A stretch of 64,000 bases of DNA from Methanobacteriota archaeon (GTDB taxonomy: Archaea > Thermoplasmatota > Poseidoniia > Poseidoniales > Thalassarchaeaceae): assembly GCA_002722735.1 (NCBI GenBank), contig PBMR01000009.1, forward strand, positions 42,881-106,880, read 5' to 3'. A program made the position numbers and the translations under genes. How positions within the stretch are numbered: position 1 is the first letter of the stretch; each line of letters starts with the position of its first letter. Below the pieces are notes generated by a model that was given only the letters and a program-made list of their open reading frames with translations, was not told the origin of the DNA and searched no databases. Below, one piece after another: positions 46,940-56,625 of this stretch.

Positions 46940-47707
46940 ATGAGCGAGACCTGCCAACACATACACTTGGAGCACGACGGCAAGCTGCTATTGGTAGATA
47001 TTGGTGGCAAAGGACCCGTCAAGCCTGAGAGGGGGCGCTCTTGCTGGGAAGGGGATGGTTTCCTGATCAGACTGCCGACCCCCCAAGAGGCTGCAGCCCT
47101 GGGGATCGATTGGAACGAGAGGAGGACGAATGAGTTCAGATTGGGGGGACTGAATCATCGGATACTGTATGCAACTCCCATGATTGCCTGGCCTGAACAC
47201 TGGGCCTGGAAGGACTCCGTGATCAGCGACAGCGCCGTCGATCCTGTTGCCAGGGAATCAGTCTATCGCACCCTCCACAGAGTCGTCAGCAAGGTGATTG
47301 TCACGAACACTAGAGGCGAGATCCTCATGACTAAGGTCGCGAGGGGATTCTTCGTTGGGTGCTGGACCCTACCAGGGGGTTTCGTAGACTATGACGAGCA
47401 TCCTCGGGCGGCTGCGGTGAGGGAGGCTTTGGAAGAATTGGGGATAAACATCTCCATACCCGACCCTAAGGGCGAGTCCGGTACCATTACCCAGGGGGAT
47501 GACAGCTGCATTATCCAGACTGCCATTTTCAACAACGAGGGGTTATGTTGGGTCTCTTTCACCTATCACTGCCAAGCGGACATCAGTGCTGAAGAGATCG
47601 TGCCGAAGGACGACGAGATCGAGGAAGCCAAGTGGTTCAGCAGGGATGAGGCCCTTGGCCAAGCCGTCTCCCTATTCGACATCGAGGCCATTAAGCGGAT
47701 AAATTGA
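46940..47707 (+). CDS. NUDIX hydrolase
   Basis: Nudix box LPGGFVDYDEHPRAAAVREALEELG. Confidence 0.9.
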   Translation: MSETCQHIHLEHDGKLLLVDIGGKGPVKPERGRSCWEGDGFLIRLPTPQEAAALGIDWNERRTNEFRLGGLNHRILYATPMIAWPEHWAWKDSVISDSAVDPVARESVYRTLHRVVSKVIVTNTRGEILMTKVARGFFVGCWTLPGGFVDYDEHPRAAAVREALEELGINISIPDPKGESGTITQGDDSCIIQTAIFNNEGLCWVSFTYHCQADISAEEIVPKDDEIEEAKWFSRDEALGQAVSLFDIEAIKRIN

Positions 47708-47730
47708 GTTATATGGGGGCTATTTATTGG

Positions 47731-47943
47731 TCAAACGACATCGAGGAGCATGGCTATGAGTACCATCAGGGTTGCCAATTGAATCGAAATGACGACCCTG
47801 AAGCGCAGCTTGTCGACTAGAGCCCCTCCCTGAACCTCCTCTCGCAGACCCGCTACGGCGACTTGGACCCCGCCGAGACGCTTCTCAAACTTCTGCACCT
47901 TCTTCCCGAAGTCATTCTTTTTCGAATATCCCTTCACAGACAC
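47731..47943 (-). CDS. small tail-anchored hypothetical protein
   Basis: GTG start; MSVKGYSKKNDFGKKVQKFEKRL... followed by a C-terminal TM; start uncertain. Confidence 0.5.
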   Translation of the reverse strand: MSVKGYSKKNDFGKKVQKFEKRLGGVQVAVAGLREEVQGGALVDKLRFRVVISIQLATLMVLIAMLLDVV

Positions 47944-47975
47944 GGTTAGGGGTTCCAAACTTGAAGGGATGGTTC

Positions 47976-48191
47976 TCAGAACTGCCACAAGACATCCAAC
48001 CATCCCGCCAAGTAGGCGCAGACGAGGAGAACGACAGCCATGGCATGATACCATGAAGGCTCCCAGTGGTCATCCGACGTGGGTGGCAGACTGCCAATCA
48101 CGATTTCGACAGGGGGTGCTAGCCTTGAACGGTTGGTTCGACGACTGGAGGGGCTATGGTGAATCCCTACGGGGGCCAATGTCTCGACCAT
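47976..48191 (-). CDS. small hypothetical protein with C-terminal TM
   Basis: MVETLAPVG...WYHAMAVVLLVCAYLAGWLDVLWQF*, 71 aa. Confidence 0.4.
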   Translation of the reverse strand: MVETLAPVGIHHSPSSRRTNRSRLAPPVEIVIGSLPPTSDDHWEPSWYHAMAVVLLVCAYLAGWLDVLWQF

Positions 48192-48231
48192 GAAGCCGCT
48201 ATGGCTCCAGCATGGCGGGATGCATTCCCGA

Positions 48232-48309
48232 TGGTGGGCCTGCCTGGATTTGAACCAGGGTCTATTGCTCCCAAAGCAACAAGCATAGACCAGACTAACC
48301 CACAGGCCC
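48232..48309 (-). tRNA. tRNA-Pro (TGG), intronless, CCA encoded
   Basis: Acceptor stem GGGCCTG/CAGGCCC-A-CCA; anticodon arm GTTGC-TTTGGGA-GCAAT; T-arm CCTGG-TTCAAAT-CCAGG; G15 present. Confidence 0.97.
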
Positions 48310-48335
48310 GTAGAGCACGAGCGTTGGTCCGGCAA

Positions 48336-48785
48336 TCATGAACTTTGCTGGAGCCAACACCAAGATTCCTTGCCCGACCTAACAAGCGCCCCCTCCATCT
48401 CGGCCTGACCTATGAGTCGCTCTGCTGTGGGCTCACTGATATCCAGTCCTTGAAGCTCGTTGGCCAGGGAGGGTATTGTAAGATGCCCACTGGAATCCGT
48501 TGCAGACCTCATTGCACTCAGTAGATCGCGGGTGCTAGCGGGAGAACTGCGCTTGGGCTGCTTAGGTAGCCTTTCGGGTGAGTGGGCCAGAAGAGCGATT
48601 TGACGAGCGACCTCCTTTGGGAGGTTGGCCGCGGAAACGGCCTCGAACAACTCAAAGCCATCGCCAAAAGCACCAACCCTCTTGGATGAGGATGAGTCAC
48701 AGCGTGTGCAACGAGCAGCGCCCCCAGACTTGGAACCGAAAGCATGACCACAGGAGCAGCGCATGAGAAGCCACTCTTCGGTCAT
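48336..48785 (-). CDS. zinc-ribbon protein with possible C-terminal winged helix
   Basis: N-terminal RCSCGHAFG...CTRCD; C-terminal helices with a short hairpin. Confidence 0.65.
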   Translation of the reverse strand: MTEEWLLMRCSCGHAFGSKSGGAARCTRCDSSSSKRVGAFGDGFELFEAVSAANLPKEVARQIALLAHSPERLPKQPKRSSPASTRDLLSAMRSATDSSGHLTIPSLANELQGLDISEPTAERLIGQAEMEGALVRSGKESWCWLQQSS

Positions 48786-48868
48786 GTGGCCACACGGTTT
48801 ACGTGGTTCATGACTTTGCCTGTGATGTAGACAGAGGATTTGATTGGCAAAGCTCCCCCGCAGGAGTT

Positions 48869-49144
48869 GTGAGCAGGCGTAAGAACGTTGGATTAGCAAT
48901 ATCGGTCGCTTTGATCCTCCTCTCGATAATTAGATTCTCCACCGAGGGTTTTCTGACCACTGAGGTATGGGCCTATCTTCTGGTGTCACCACTGCCAATG
49001 GCAATGGCTTTGGCCCCTGATTCCAATCTCAAGCAGTACGATTCCCGAGAAGTCGAGACCTGGGAGGAAAATGGGTTGGAAGTCAGCGATGCAAGCGAAG
49101 TCCCCGACCCCATTGAGTCGGGGTTTGACATACCCGTGCTCTAA
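48869..49144 (+). CDS. small membrane hypothetical protein
   Basis: GTG after CAGGAG; two TMs; acidic tail ending PDPIESGFDIPVL. Confidence 0.6.
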   Translation: MSRRKNVGLAISVALILLSIIRFSTEGFLTTEVWAYLLVSPLPMAMALAPDSNLKQYDSREVETWEENGLEVSDASEVPDPIESGFDIPVL

Positions 49145-51082
49145 TTATGCCAGCCGCAGAGTCTCTAGGTTTGCTGGAGCATAGGTCTGCACCTTGAATC
49201 GGTCGCGCAGCCCCATTCGAAATGCATTGCAGGTCTGCGGGTCGCCGTGATGGCAGATGATCTTGCGGGGCGTCGGATTCAATGCGGCGACGTAATCCAT
49301 CAATTGGTTCCTGTCGGAGTGTCCACTGAAACCATCGATAATCACCATATTGCAACTGACGTCGATCATGTGAGTCTGTCCACGATCCATCAGAGGTACG
49401 TGAGAGTGACCCTCTTGCAGCCTTCTGCCTAGGGTGCCGGAGGCTTGGTAACCGACGAAGCAAAGAGTATTTCCCGGATCAGGGGCCCAGTGCTTCAGGT
49501 ATTCGATGATTGGCCCACCCGTCATCATCCCACTGGTAGCAAGGACTATGCATGGGTTTGGATCAAGCAGTATGGACTCCCTGAGTTCTCTGGAATCGAC
49601 CTTTTTGAACCATGACGAGTTGAAAGGGTTCTCTTCTCCTCCCTTGAGCATTTTCTTCCTTAGATTCCGATTCAGGAAGTTGGGGTGACTGGAGTGGATA
49701 GCACTCGCTTCGGTTATCATGCCGTCTAGCCAAACGGTCACAGGCGATACCATGCCGGACTTGAAGAGCTCGTCTATTGCCAGCATGACCTCTTGAGATC
49801 TCCCCACAGCAAAGACGGGGCAGAAGATCTTGCCTTTGCGGTTGAGAGTGTCGATTACGAGGTCCTGGAGCTCTTGGCTTGCTTGTTGCCGGGTTGGCTG
49901 GATGCTCTGGGGACCACCATAAGTGGACTCTACGACCAACGTATCGACTTTGGGAAAACGGACAGTAGCAGCATCGAATAGCCATGACTTCTCGTACTTG
50001 ATGTCGCCTGAGAATAGAAGCCTGTGCTCGGACTTACCTTCGCCAATTTGCATGTAAACACTGGATGAGCCCAGAATGTGTCCCGCATTCTCAAGAGTCG
50101 CCTTGACGTCGGGCGCTATGTCTGTCTTCTCACCCCAGTTGACGTCAACTACATGCTTGATGCACTCCTGAATGTCAGCCTTCGAGTATGGTGGCTCGTT
50201 TCCTTCAGCCTGTGAGACCTTTATGTAGTCAATTTGCAGAAGGGTCATCAAATCCCTGGTGGGGGGCGTGCAGTAAACAGGCCCACGGTATCCATACCTG
50301 AACAGCACAGGAAGCATTCCAATGTGATCAACGTGAGCGTGAGTAATGACAACAGCATCGAGGTTGTCGAGGGGAAGGAGTTCGGGGGCAGCAAAGAAGG
50401 GCTGGACCTCGTTCTGGTTGTTAGTGGGCTTGGCGCCAACGTCCACGAGTATCTTCGACTCGTTGGTAGTGACTAGGTGCATGGCCCTGCCGACCTCCCT
50501 GTAGGAACCTAGAGCAGAAACCCTCACCCATTGATCGCCGGGTCGCTGGGGCCGGTATATCCTAGTTCCGAACTTCCTGAGCAGCGACCTTCGTTCATCG
50601 GCCATCTCTTTCCTGAAGCGACGAATATCGTGTTGGGTGCGACTCTCCCGGGCGGGGGCCCGGACCACCTTCGCAAGCCAACCTATCTCCTCACGCAATG
50701 CAATGATATGGCTCCCCTTGGGTCCGACAGCTGATGCTGGGTCATCGCACTCAAGAATGACCTCTGAGAGGGCTGGATCGAGCCAAGTATTCCTGATTTT
50801 GGCCTCAGGAGGAATCAAACGGTTCACTGCATCATGAACATCGGCTTCACTGGAGAGGATTTTTGGATGGGGGCGGACAACTATTCGCCTTTTGATGGAT
50901 TTGGCTATGCGAACGGTTAGACTGTCGCCACCGCCTGCGAAAGCGTGCGGTTGATTGGTGATGATGGATATAGATCCGGCTTCAAGATCAACTTCGTAAT
51001 CGATGTCATCAGGAACCAGTCCAGCAATCTTCTTCTTGATCTCTGGTAGTGTCAAACGCAATTTTTCACTTCCTATTCTCAT
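49145..51082 (-). CDS. beta-CASP ribonuclease aCPSF1 (FttA), KH + MBL domains
   Basis: KH domains, GSYREVGR, ITHAHVDH, AGHILGS, ESTYGG, PVFAVGRSQE and FSGHSD; conserved adjacency to psmB. Confidence 0.95.
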   Translation of the reverse strand: MRIGSEKLRLTLPEIKKKIAGLVPDDIDYEVDLEAGSISIITNQPHAFAGGGDSLTVRIAKSIKRRIVVRPHPKILSSEADVHDAVNRLIPPEAKIRNTWLDPALSEVILECDDPASAVGPKGSHIIALREEIGWLAKVVRAPARESRTQHDIRRFRKEMADERRSLLRKFGTRIYRPQRPGDQWVRVSALGSYREVGRAMHLVTTNESKILVDVGAKPTNNQNEVQPFFAAPELLPLDNLDAVVITHAHVDHIGMLPVLFRYGYRGPVYCTPPTRDLMTLLQIDYIKVSQAEGNEPPYSKADIQECIKHVVDVNWGEKTDIAPDVKATLENAGHILGSSSVYMQIGEGKSEHRLLFSGDIKYEKSWLFDAATVRFPKVDTLVVESTYGGPQSIQPTRQQASQELQDLVIDTLNRKGKIFCPVFAVGRSQEVMLAIDELFKSGMVSPVTVWLDGMITEASAIHSSHPNFLNRNLRKKMLKGGEENPFNSSWFKKVDSRELRESILLDPNPCIVLATSGMMTGGPIIEYLKHWAPDPGNTLCFVGYQASGTLGRRLQEGHSHVPLMDRGQTHMIDVSCNMVIIDGFSGHSDRNQLMDYVAALNPTPRKIICHHGDPQTCNAFRMGLRDRFKVQTYAPANLETLRLA

Positions 51083-51125
51083 CCCAGCAATGTGCCAATT
51101 CAGAGGCCATGGCCCGGGATTCTGT

Positions 51126-51752
51126 TCAGAGGTTTGCGAGGAGTTCGGAGACATCCTCTTCAGAAAGCTGGTTGAAACCAGCCTTCTGGGTGATGAATGC
51201 AAGGTCCATGCCATTGCCGCTAGCAGCATCGCGTTGTGCCGAAGCCAGCAGGGACTTGGCTGCTAGAGCAAGTGCCTCATCCTGTGTCATCCCGGGCTTG
51301 AATTGGTCTTCGAGCACTCCATACATGAAGGGGCTGCCCGATCCGGTAGCACAGTAGACGTCCGGTATGGAGCCGCCCGCAGAGTCGATGCTGTAGACGC
51401 TCGGCCCCGAATCGTCTACTCCTACAATGAGAAGCTGCACATAATGAGGTCGTCCGGAGAGGATATTCGCGGTTAGCGTCGAAGCACCCTTGACCGTCAT
51501 TTCTTGATCGCGCTTGAGCTCGAAGAGCCTCAGTTCAGCAGCGAGGGTCCTAGACAACGATTGCGCATGACCGACCAATCCAGCCGTAGTCAGCGCAACG
51601 TTCTTGGAGATTCGAAATAGCTTCTGAACTGACTTATTGGCAATGAAATGCCCCATTGTCGCCCTGTGGTCAGCCCCGACTACCACACCGCCGTTGTAGG
51701 TGATGCCTACGGTGCTTGTACCTGTCTTGATAACTTCAGTGGAGACGTCCAT
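51126..51752 (-). CDS. psmB: 20S proteasome beta subunit
   Basis: Propeptide junction KTG|TSTVG, ADHRATMG, TGSGSP and RDAASG. Confidence 0.96.
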   Translation of the reverse strand: MDVSTEVIKTGTSTVGITYNGGVVVGADHRATMGHFIANKSVQKLFRISKNVALTTAGLVGHAQSLSRTLAAELRLFELKRDQEMTVKGASTLTANILSGRPHYVQLLIVGVDDSGPSVYSIDSAGGSIPDVYCATGSGSPFMYGVLEDQFKPGMTQDEALALAAKSLLASAQRDAASGNGMDLAFITQKAGFNQLSEEDVSELLANL

Positions 51753-51910
51753 TGGAATCACCGGCGGAAGAGGCCGAACGATGATAACTCGAAATCGACC
51801 CCTTATCAATGCGACGGGGGGTAGTCCTGTATCTGCGATGAATGGCCAATAGACCCCCTACGTCCGACATTGGCAGAAGATATCAAGGGAGAAGCGGGGC
51901 ACCATGAATC

Positions 51911-52300
51911 ATGAGTGCTGATGATGGCGGACCGAGGTGGGTCGATATGCCCAGTGCTTCCAAGTCTCTCGCCGGCGGCATTGAGGCAGGCGAGGATTAT
52001 CACGACCTCGGTATGAAGTACCCGGATGCCCCTGTTCCTAGGGGGGTTGGTGACGTCATTGTCCACCGAGCCATCCTGGATGATTTCACAGGGGTGAGTT
52101 CTCTCATGGATTGGATTTCCGATGGCGATCTTGTTATCGTAGAGATGACGGACCTCCTCAAAAAGGACATGGAACTGCATCTTGCCGTAGACAGAATACA
52201 GGATTTTGTGGAGCGAGACCTCAGCGGTCAAGTAATCAGACTTGGGCAATCAAGGCTCCTACTGCTCCCCCCTGCGTTTGAGAGCGCCAGGATTGAATGA
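51911..52300 (+). CDS. sepF: cell division protein SepF-like (archaeal)
   Basis: DGDLVIVEM..L.....L..AVDRI..FV.....GQVIRLG..RLLLLP; adjacent to ZPR1 as is common in archaea. Confidence 0.75.
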   Translation: MSADDGGPRWVDMPSASKSLAGGIEAGEDYHDLGMKYPDAPVPRGVGDVIVHRAILDDFTGVSSLMDWISDGDLVIVEMTDLLKKDMELHLAVDRIQDFVERDLSGQVIRLGQSRLLLLPPAFESARIE

Positions 52301-52312
52301 GCGTGGTTCCTC

Positions 52313-52903
52313 ATGGAGAGTCGAGTAGGTCTGCCTTGCCCGCAATGCCATTCCACGGACGGGATGCTGATGTTGTCGATGTCTACGGAGATTCCGTATT
52401 TCGGGGAACATACGCAGATTTCGCTCGTCTGCGACTCCTGCGGATGGAGGCATACTGATTTCATCCCCGCCGAAGGGCGAAAACCCGGTGCTTGGTCCCT
52501 TGTGCTTGACTCCAAGGACAAGATGAGTTGTCGCGTCGTCAGATCATCTTCCTGTACCATCAGGTTGGTGGAGCTAGATCTCGAGGTCACCCCTGGGTCA
52601 GCCAGTAGCGGTTTCATCTCCAATATTGAGGGTGTTATCAAAAGATTCGAGGATGCGATTGGAACGTTGCTTCGTCATTCCCAAGCAGAGGAGGATGTTG
52701 AGTCCACAGATAGCGCCATTGTTTTGATTAATCGCTTGGCCAAAGTTAAACTCGGTGAGCAAACCATCGAGATGGTGCTTTTCGACCCCAAGGGACGAAG
52801 CCAGATTATCCACGACGAGGCTATCCACAGGGATATGACCGACGAGGAGATTGGGGCCTTGCAAATGGGTGTCGATATCCCAATTCACGAAATTATAGAC
52901 TAA
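52313..52903 (+). CDS. ZPR1 zinc finger protein
   Basis: CPQC, EIPYFGE, CDSCGWR, RVVRS, GFISNIEG and DPKGRS motifs. Confidence 0.93.
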   Translation: MESRVGLPCPQCHSTDGMLMLSMSTEIPYFGEHTQISLVCDSCGWRHTDFIPAEGRKPGAWSLVLDSKDKMSCRVVRSSSCTIRLVELDLEVTPGSASSGFISNIEGVIKRFEDAIGTLLRHSQAEEDVESTDSAIVLINRLAKVKLGEQTIEMVLFDPKGRSQIIHDEAIHRDMTDEEIGALQMGVDIPIHEIID

Positions 52904-54282
52904 ATTGCATCGGGAGCGAGGAACTCCTCGATACGGCCGGACCATTGTTCCCTTTTCTCCTTCAGATCCAATAGCCATTCGGTGGCCCCATCTATGCATA
53001 TCTGTTTGATTTCCCCGGCAAGTAGTCTGCCACTCTCGTACTCCTTGCGGATGTCGTCGAGGACGGAGTCATCACGCTCGAAGAAGAACTGCAGGTACTG
53101 GTAGGCTACGTCCTTGGAGCAGTCCCCCCCTATCCTTCGGTGCTCCTCGACGGTTGGCTGGCCACCGCTGTGGGCACGCATTACCTTCTTGCTCATTTGG
53201 CCAATCTCGTCATCCATGAAGATTGTAGTCTCGGGTTTGGATGAAGACATCTTGTCGCCGTTCATGCCAAGGGCGAATCGGTGGTATGTGGAGCAAGGCG
53301 GCATAAGGCCCAAGCCGCCCATGTCGCGCTCAAGGGCTAGAAGGACCATTCGGATCGATGACCTGTCGGAGCGGGTGGCACCGGGAATGTCGATTGTTCC
53401 ATGCTTGAGATTGGCCGTAAAGTCGGAGAAGCCCAAATTCGTCAAGCCGGCCTCGATGTCCTCGAAGACACCAGCCCTGACTGCGGAATCCAGCTTACCA
53501 TCGGGGAGGACTCCCAGATGGCCTGCATTGTTCCCCTGAATGGAAAGCGCAACGGTAATGCCACCGTCCTTGCGTGAGTTGACGTTGAACCAATTGGTCT
53601 TCTGCGCAATGCCTCTGGTCAGCCTGAGATGGGGGTCTTGGTCAATGCCAACTGGAACGACAATTGGCCGTAGACCCCCGAACTCATCGAGCTGGGGGTG
53701 GATGATGTCCCCGGCTTGAACCAATGGAGCCTGAACATGAGCCAGATTGGTCTCGCCACTGAAACCATAGATGGCTTCGAGCTCAGAAAGGTTGGTTCTG
53801 CGACCGAGGGTGAACGCGAGCCTCTGGACCTCTGGACGGGAACTCTGGAAGTATACGTTCGTGGTCTCGGGGTCCAATCCTAATGCCGCATAGTTGTGAA
53901 CGTACTCGGCGATAGCGGTTTTACGCCCTCTCGAGAGGGAGGTCCCCCTTGTGGCCAGGGCTTCGAGGTCAGCGACCGTAACGGTGATGTCCGCTCCCTG
54001 CTCTTGGAACCATCGGACCTGATCTATGACCATGCTATGCCCGAGATGCATCCTTCCGCTAGGCATCAATCCGGTGAGCACGCCGAAGGGGTCGGATCGT
54101 TGTATGCATCCAACCACCACGTCGAGATCTCTGTGCGCGAACACTATGCCTCTTCTATGGAGCATACCGGGATTAGGCAACGTGGAGGAATCGACAGTAT
54201 CGAGCCCGAACCGATCGACGATGCGGGCGTAGTCGGTGGATTGGTCTGATGACCAAGGATCAATCCGCTCGGCTTTGCCCAT
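52900..54282 (-). CDS. trpS: tryptophan--tRNA ligase
   Basis: IDPW, TGLMPSGRMHLGH, VPVGIDQDPH, KMSSS and SGRLLAGEIK motifs. Confidence 0.96.
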   Translation of the reverse strand: MGKAERIDPWSSDQSTDYARIVDRFGLDTVDSSTLPNPGMLHRRGIVFAHRDLDVVVGCIQRSDPFGVLTGLMPSGRMHLGHSMVIDQVRWFQEQGADITVTVADLEALATRGTSLSRGRKTAIAEYVHNYAALGLDPETTNVYFQSSRPEVQRLAFTLGRRTNLSELEAIYGFSGETNLAHVQAPLVQAGDIIHPQLDEFGGLRPIVVPVGIDQDPHLRLTRGIAQKTNWFNVNSRKDGGITVALSIQGNNAGHLGVLPDGKLDSAVRAGVFEDIEAGLTNLGFSDFTANLKHGTIDIPGATRSDRSSIRMVLLALERDMGGLGLMPPCSTYHRFALGMNGDKMSSSKPETTIFMDDEIGQMSKKVMRAHSGGQPTVEEHRRIGGDCSKDVAYQYLQFFFERDDSVLDDIRKEYESGRLLAGEIKQICIDGATEWLLDLKEKREQWSGRIEEFLAPDAI

Positions 54283-54381
54283 GCCACCGCGCCAGCAAGG
54301 CCCTCAATCAAGGCATCGCTCGAATACCTGCCCTAAGCATGGAACCGTTAGACCGAAGTGGCACCCCGCCCTCGCAGGTAC

Positions 54382-55446
54382 ATGGCTGTCATTCACTGCC
54401 TCGGAGCCGGACTCGTTGGATCATACGTTGCCCGAAAGCTCGCTGATCGGGGCCACGAAGTCCACGTGCATGACTTCAACCCCCAACGGGAAGTAGTCGG
54501 CTATCGTAGGATTGTCCTGCATCACGGTGATGCAATCGAACATTGCGAGCAGATGCATGAATTCGGGGAGTTCGACATCGTAGTCAACATGCTTCCCGGT
54601 GACATTGGACATGCTGCTATCGAGACCCTCAACGAGTCCCCATACAGGATTGTTGACCTGAGCTTCAGCAGATTCACGCCCGACAGAAATTCCGGCAAGG
54701 CGGTGGACTACGGTGCTACCATCCTCTGGGATGTGGGAATCGCACCCGGCCTTTCCAATATGCTCCTCGCACGGGCCTACCAGGCCATGGGGCCACTGTT
54801 GAAGGCCGAGGTACGAGTAGGGGGTAACCCCACTGGCCCCACCGATGGCTGGAACTACATGGCGCCATTCTCCCCGAAAGACGTGATTGCAGAGTACACT
54901 CGTCCTGCTAGGGTAATAAGGGATTCAGTGCAGATCACCCTCCCCGCCCTCTCCGAGAGGCACATTATTGAGGTCCCTGAAAAGGGAGAGATGGAAGCAT
55001 TCCTGACCGATGGGCTACGCAGCGTTCTGAACTCCATTCCTGCTGTGGAGATGTCCGAATACACGGTTCGATGGCCAGGTCACATTCAACGCTTCATCGA
55101 CGAGAGGTCGGACGGAACATTGGATGAAGACCGTTTGGTTTCCGAGTGGGCCTACGACCACAAAACCCCGGAATTCACTTGGATGGAGGTCCGTGCTGAA
55201 TCACATGACCGCACCTCCATGGCATGGCGGTTACAGGATCACGGTGGCGACGACGGACATTCAATGGCGAGGTGTACTGGACTTGTCACTATGGGCTGCA
55301 TCGAACAGTGGCTGGATAACCCTGACCTGCTTCCGCCCGGGGTGCACGCACCAGAGGCACTCCCAGGGAGGGCTCTAGACAGCATCCTTGTGACTATGGC
55401 TGAGGAGCGCGTGGAGATCGAGGGCCCTGTCATCACTCGCTCATAG
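54382..55446 (+). CDS. saccharopine dehydrogenase / lysine 6-dehydrogenase family
   Basis: LGAGLVG, DVGIAPGLSN, VGG, EYTRPAR, AFLTDGLRS and TVRWPGH motifs. Confidence 0.88.
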   Translation: MAVIHCLGAGLVGSYVARKLADRGHEVHVHDFNPQREVVGYRRIVLHHGDAIEHCEQMHEFGEFDIVVNMLPGDIGHAAIETLNESPYRIVDLSFSRFTPDRNSGKAVDYGATILWDVGIAPGLSNMLLARAYQAMGPLLKAEVRVGGNPTGPTDGWNYMAPFSPKDVIAEYTRPARVIRDSVQITLPALSERHIIEVPEKGEMEAFLTDGLRSVLNSIPAVEMSEYTVRWPGHIQRFIDERSDGTLDEDRLVSEWAYDHKTPEFTWMEVRAESHDRTSMAWRLQDHGGDDGHSMARCTGLVTMGCIEQWLDNPDLLPPGVHAPEALPGRALDSILVTMAEERVEIEGPVITRS

Positions 55447-56545
55447 GGGCGATGGATGTCATCTCGTCCCTGCTCACTAGGTACCGAACAGCGAAAGGAA
55501 CGGCAAGGAGGATGGAGGCGGCCAAGACGGGTAGAAGCCACCCTACGCCCTCGGCACTTGGGCGTTCGATAAGCCAAGTGAATCGCAGTTGCGAGTCCTG
55601 GAAGTCCGATGACCAGTGGAATAGGTTGGTAGTGTGGTGCCCAACAACAGTGACCGAGTGGTGAAGCCCGTTGAAAGTAGGGAGGGGGACGACTTCAACG
55701 GATTTGGGCTCCCCGTCAAGCTCGATGGTCAAATTGGTGCCGGGCTCCATGGTGAGTACCGCCCCGTCCGGGATCTCCCTCCAACCAACTCTCAGGTGGC
55801 GCTCTCCTGAATCAATGAGGGGGAAGTCAGTGTCGTTGGAATCCACCACTCGCATTACGCCCTCATGGAAATGAAGCTCGATAGTGCCAGGGACATTCCA
55901 CGTTGTGGATGATTCGAGGGAGGCGGTGATTGAATCCCCAGCAGTGGAGTATTCGACGCGGGAACCCGAGATTCGGTGATGGGCCCACTCCCCCCATGTA
56001 GTAAACCAAACCTCCTGCTCCTCCAACCAGGAGACAAGCCCCCCGTCCTCCCGGACTTTGAGGTCGTGCATCCTAGCCATCCATTCTATGCTAATTAGGG
56101 AGTGCTGCTCGGGAGATTCCAACAAAGAACGATTTGCCAGGTTCAACTCAAGGGACCCCCCGTTGCTCTCGAAGTAGGTCAGCCCATCAGAATACCCAGT
56201 CGGGCCATCACCGACAATCTCGAACTTTGCGTCGAGCAGGGCAGTGCTGGCTCCTTCGTCCAATTGGACTCCTTTCAGGCCGAACGAGATCGGGGCCGCA
56301 CCCCAGCGAGAGGCTTCTGTTAGATCAGATAGGTAGTCCCGGCAGGCAGCTATGGTCCACGGATCCTCGAGAATGTCCAGCCCCTCGTATCCGTGGCATC
56401 CGAACTCGTCCCCCAGAGCTAGGCGCTCTGGTCCAATAACATTAGAGAGCCAGCTGTCGGTTTCCCATTCCCCGGCTACGGGGGGGGCAAGCATTGGAAG
56501 AATCAGAATCACAACAAGAGAAAGGCCGATGGGCTTCTTCATCAC
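55433..56545 (-). CDS. secreted, C-terminally anchored hypothetical protein
   Basis: Signal peptide MKKPIGLSLVVILILP, acidic body and C-terminal TM. Confidence 0.72.
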   Translation of the reverse strand: MMKKPIGLSLVVILILPMLAPPVAGEWETDSWLSNVIGPERLALGDEFGCHGYEGLDILEDPWTIAACRDYLSDLTEASRWGAAPISFGLKGVQLDEGASTALLDAKFEIVGDGPTGYSDGLTYFESNGGSLELNLANRSLLESPEQHSLISIEWMARMHDLKVREDGGLVSWLEEQEVWFTTWGEWAHHRISGSRVEYSTAGDSITASLESSTTWNVPGTIELHFHEGVMRVVDSNDTDFPLIDSGERHLRVGWREIPDGAVLTMEPGTNLTIELDGEPKSVEVVPLPTFNGLHHSVTVVGHHTTNLFHWSSDFQDSQLRFTWLIERPSAEGVGWLLPVLAASILLAVPFAVRYLVSRDEMTSIAPMSE

Positions 56546-56625
56546 GGCTATGCGTATTCAAGAAGGCATTTCACTGCTTGCCATTTGCTGGTAAACTATG
56601 AAACATGAATCACCGAGCCACCACC

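Noticed and set aside
48232..48309. Integrated element at tRNA-Pro
   Set aside because: No integrase and no duplicated tRNA 3' end were found in the window.
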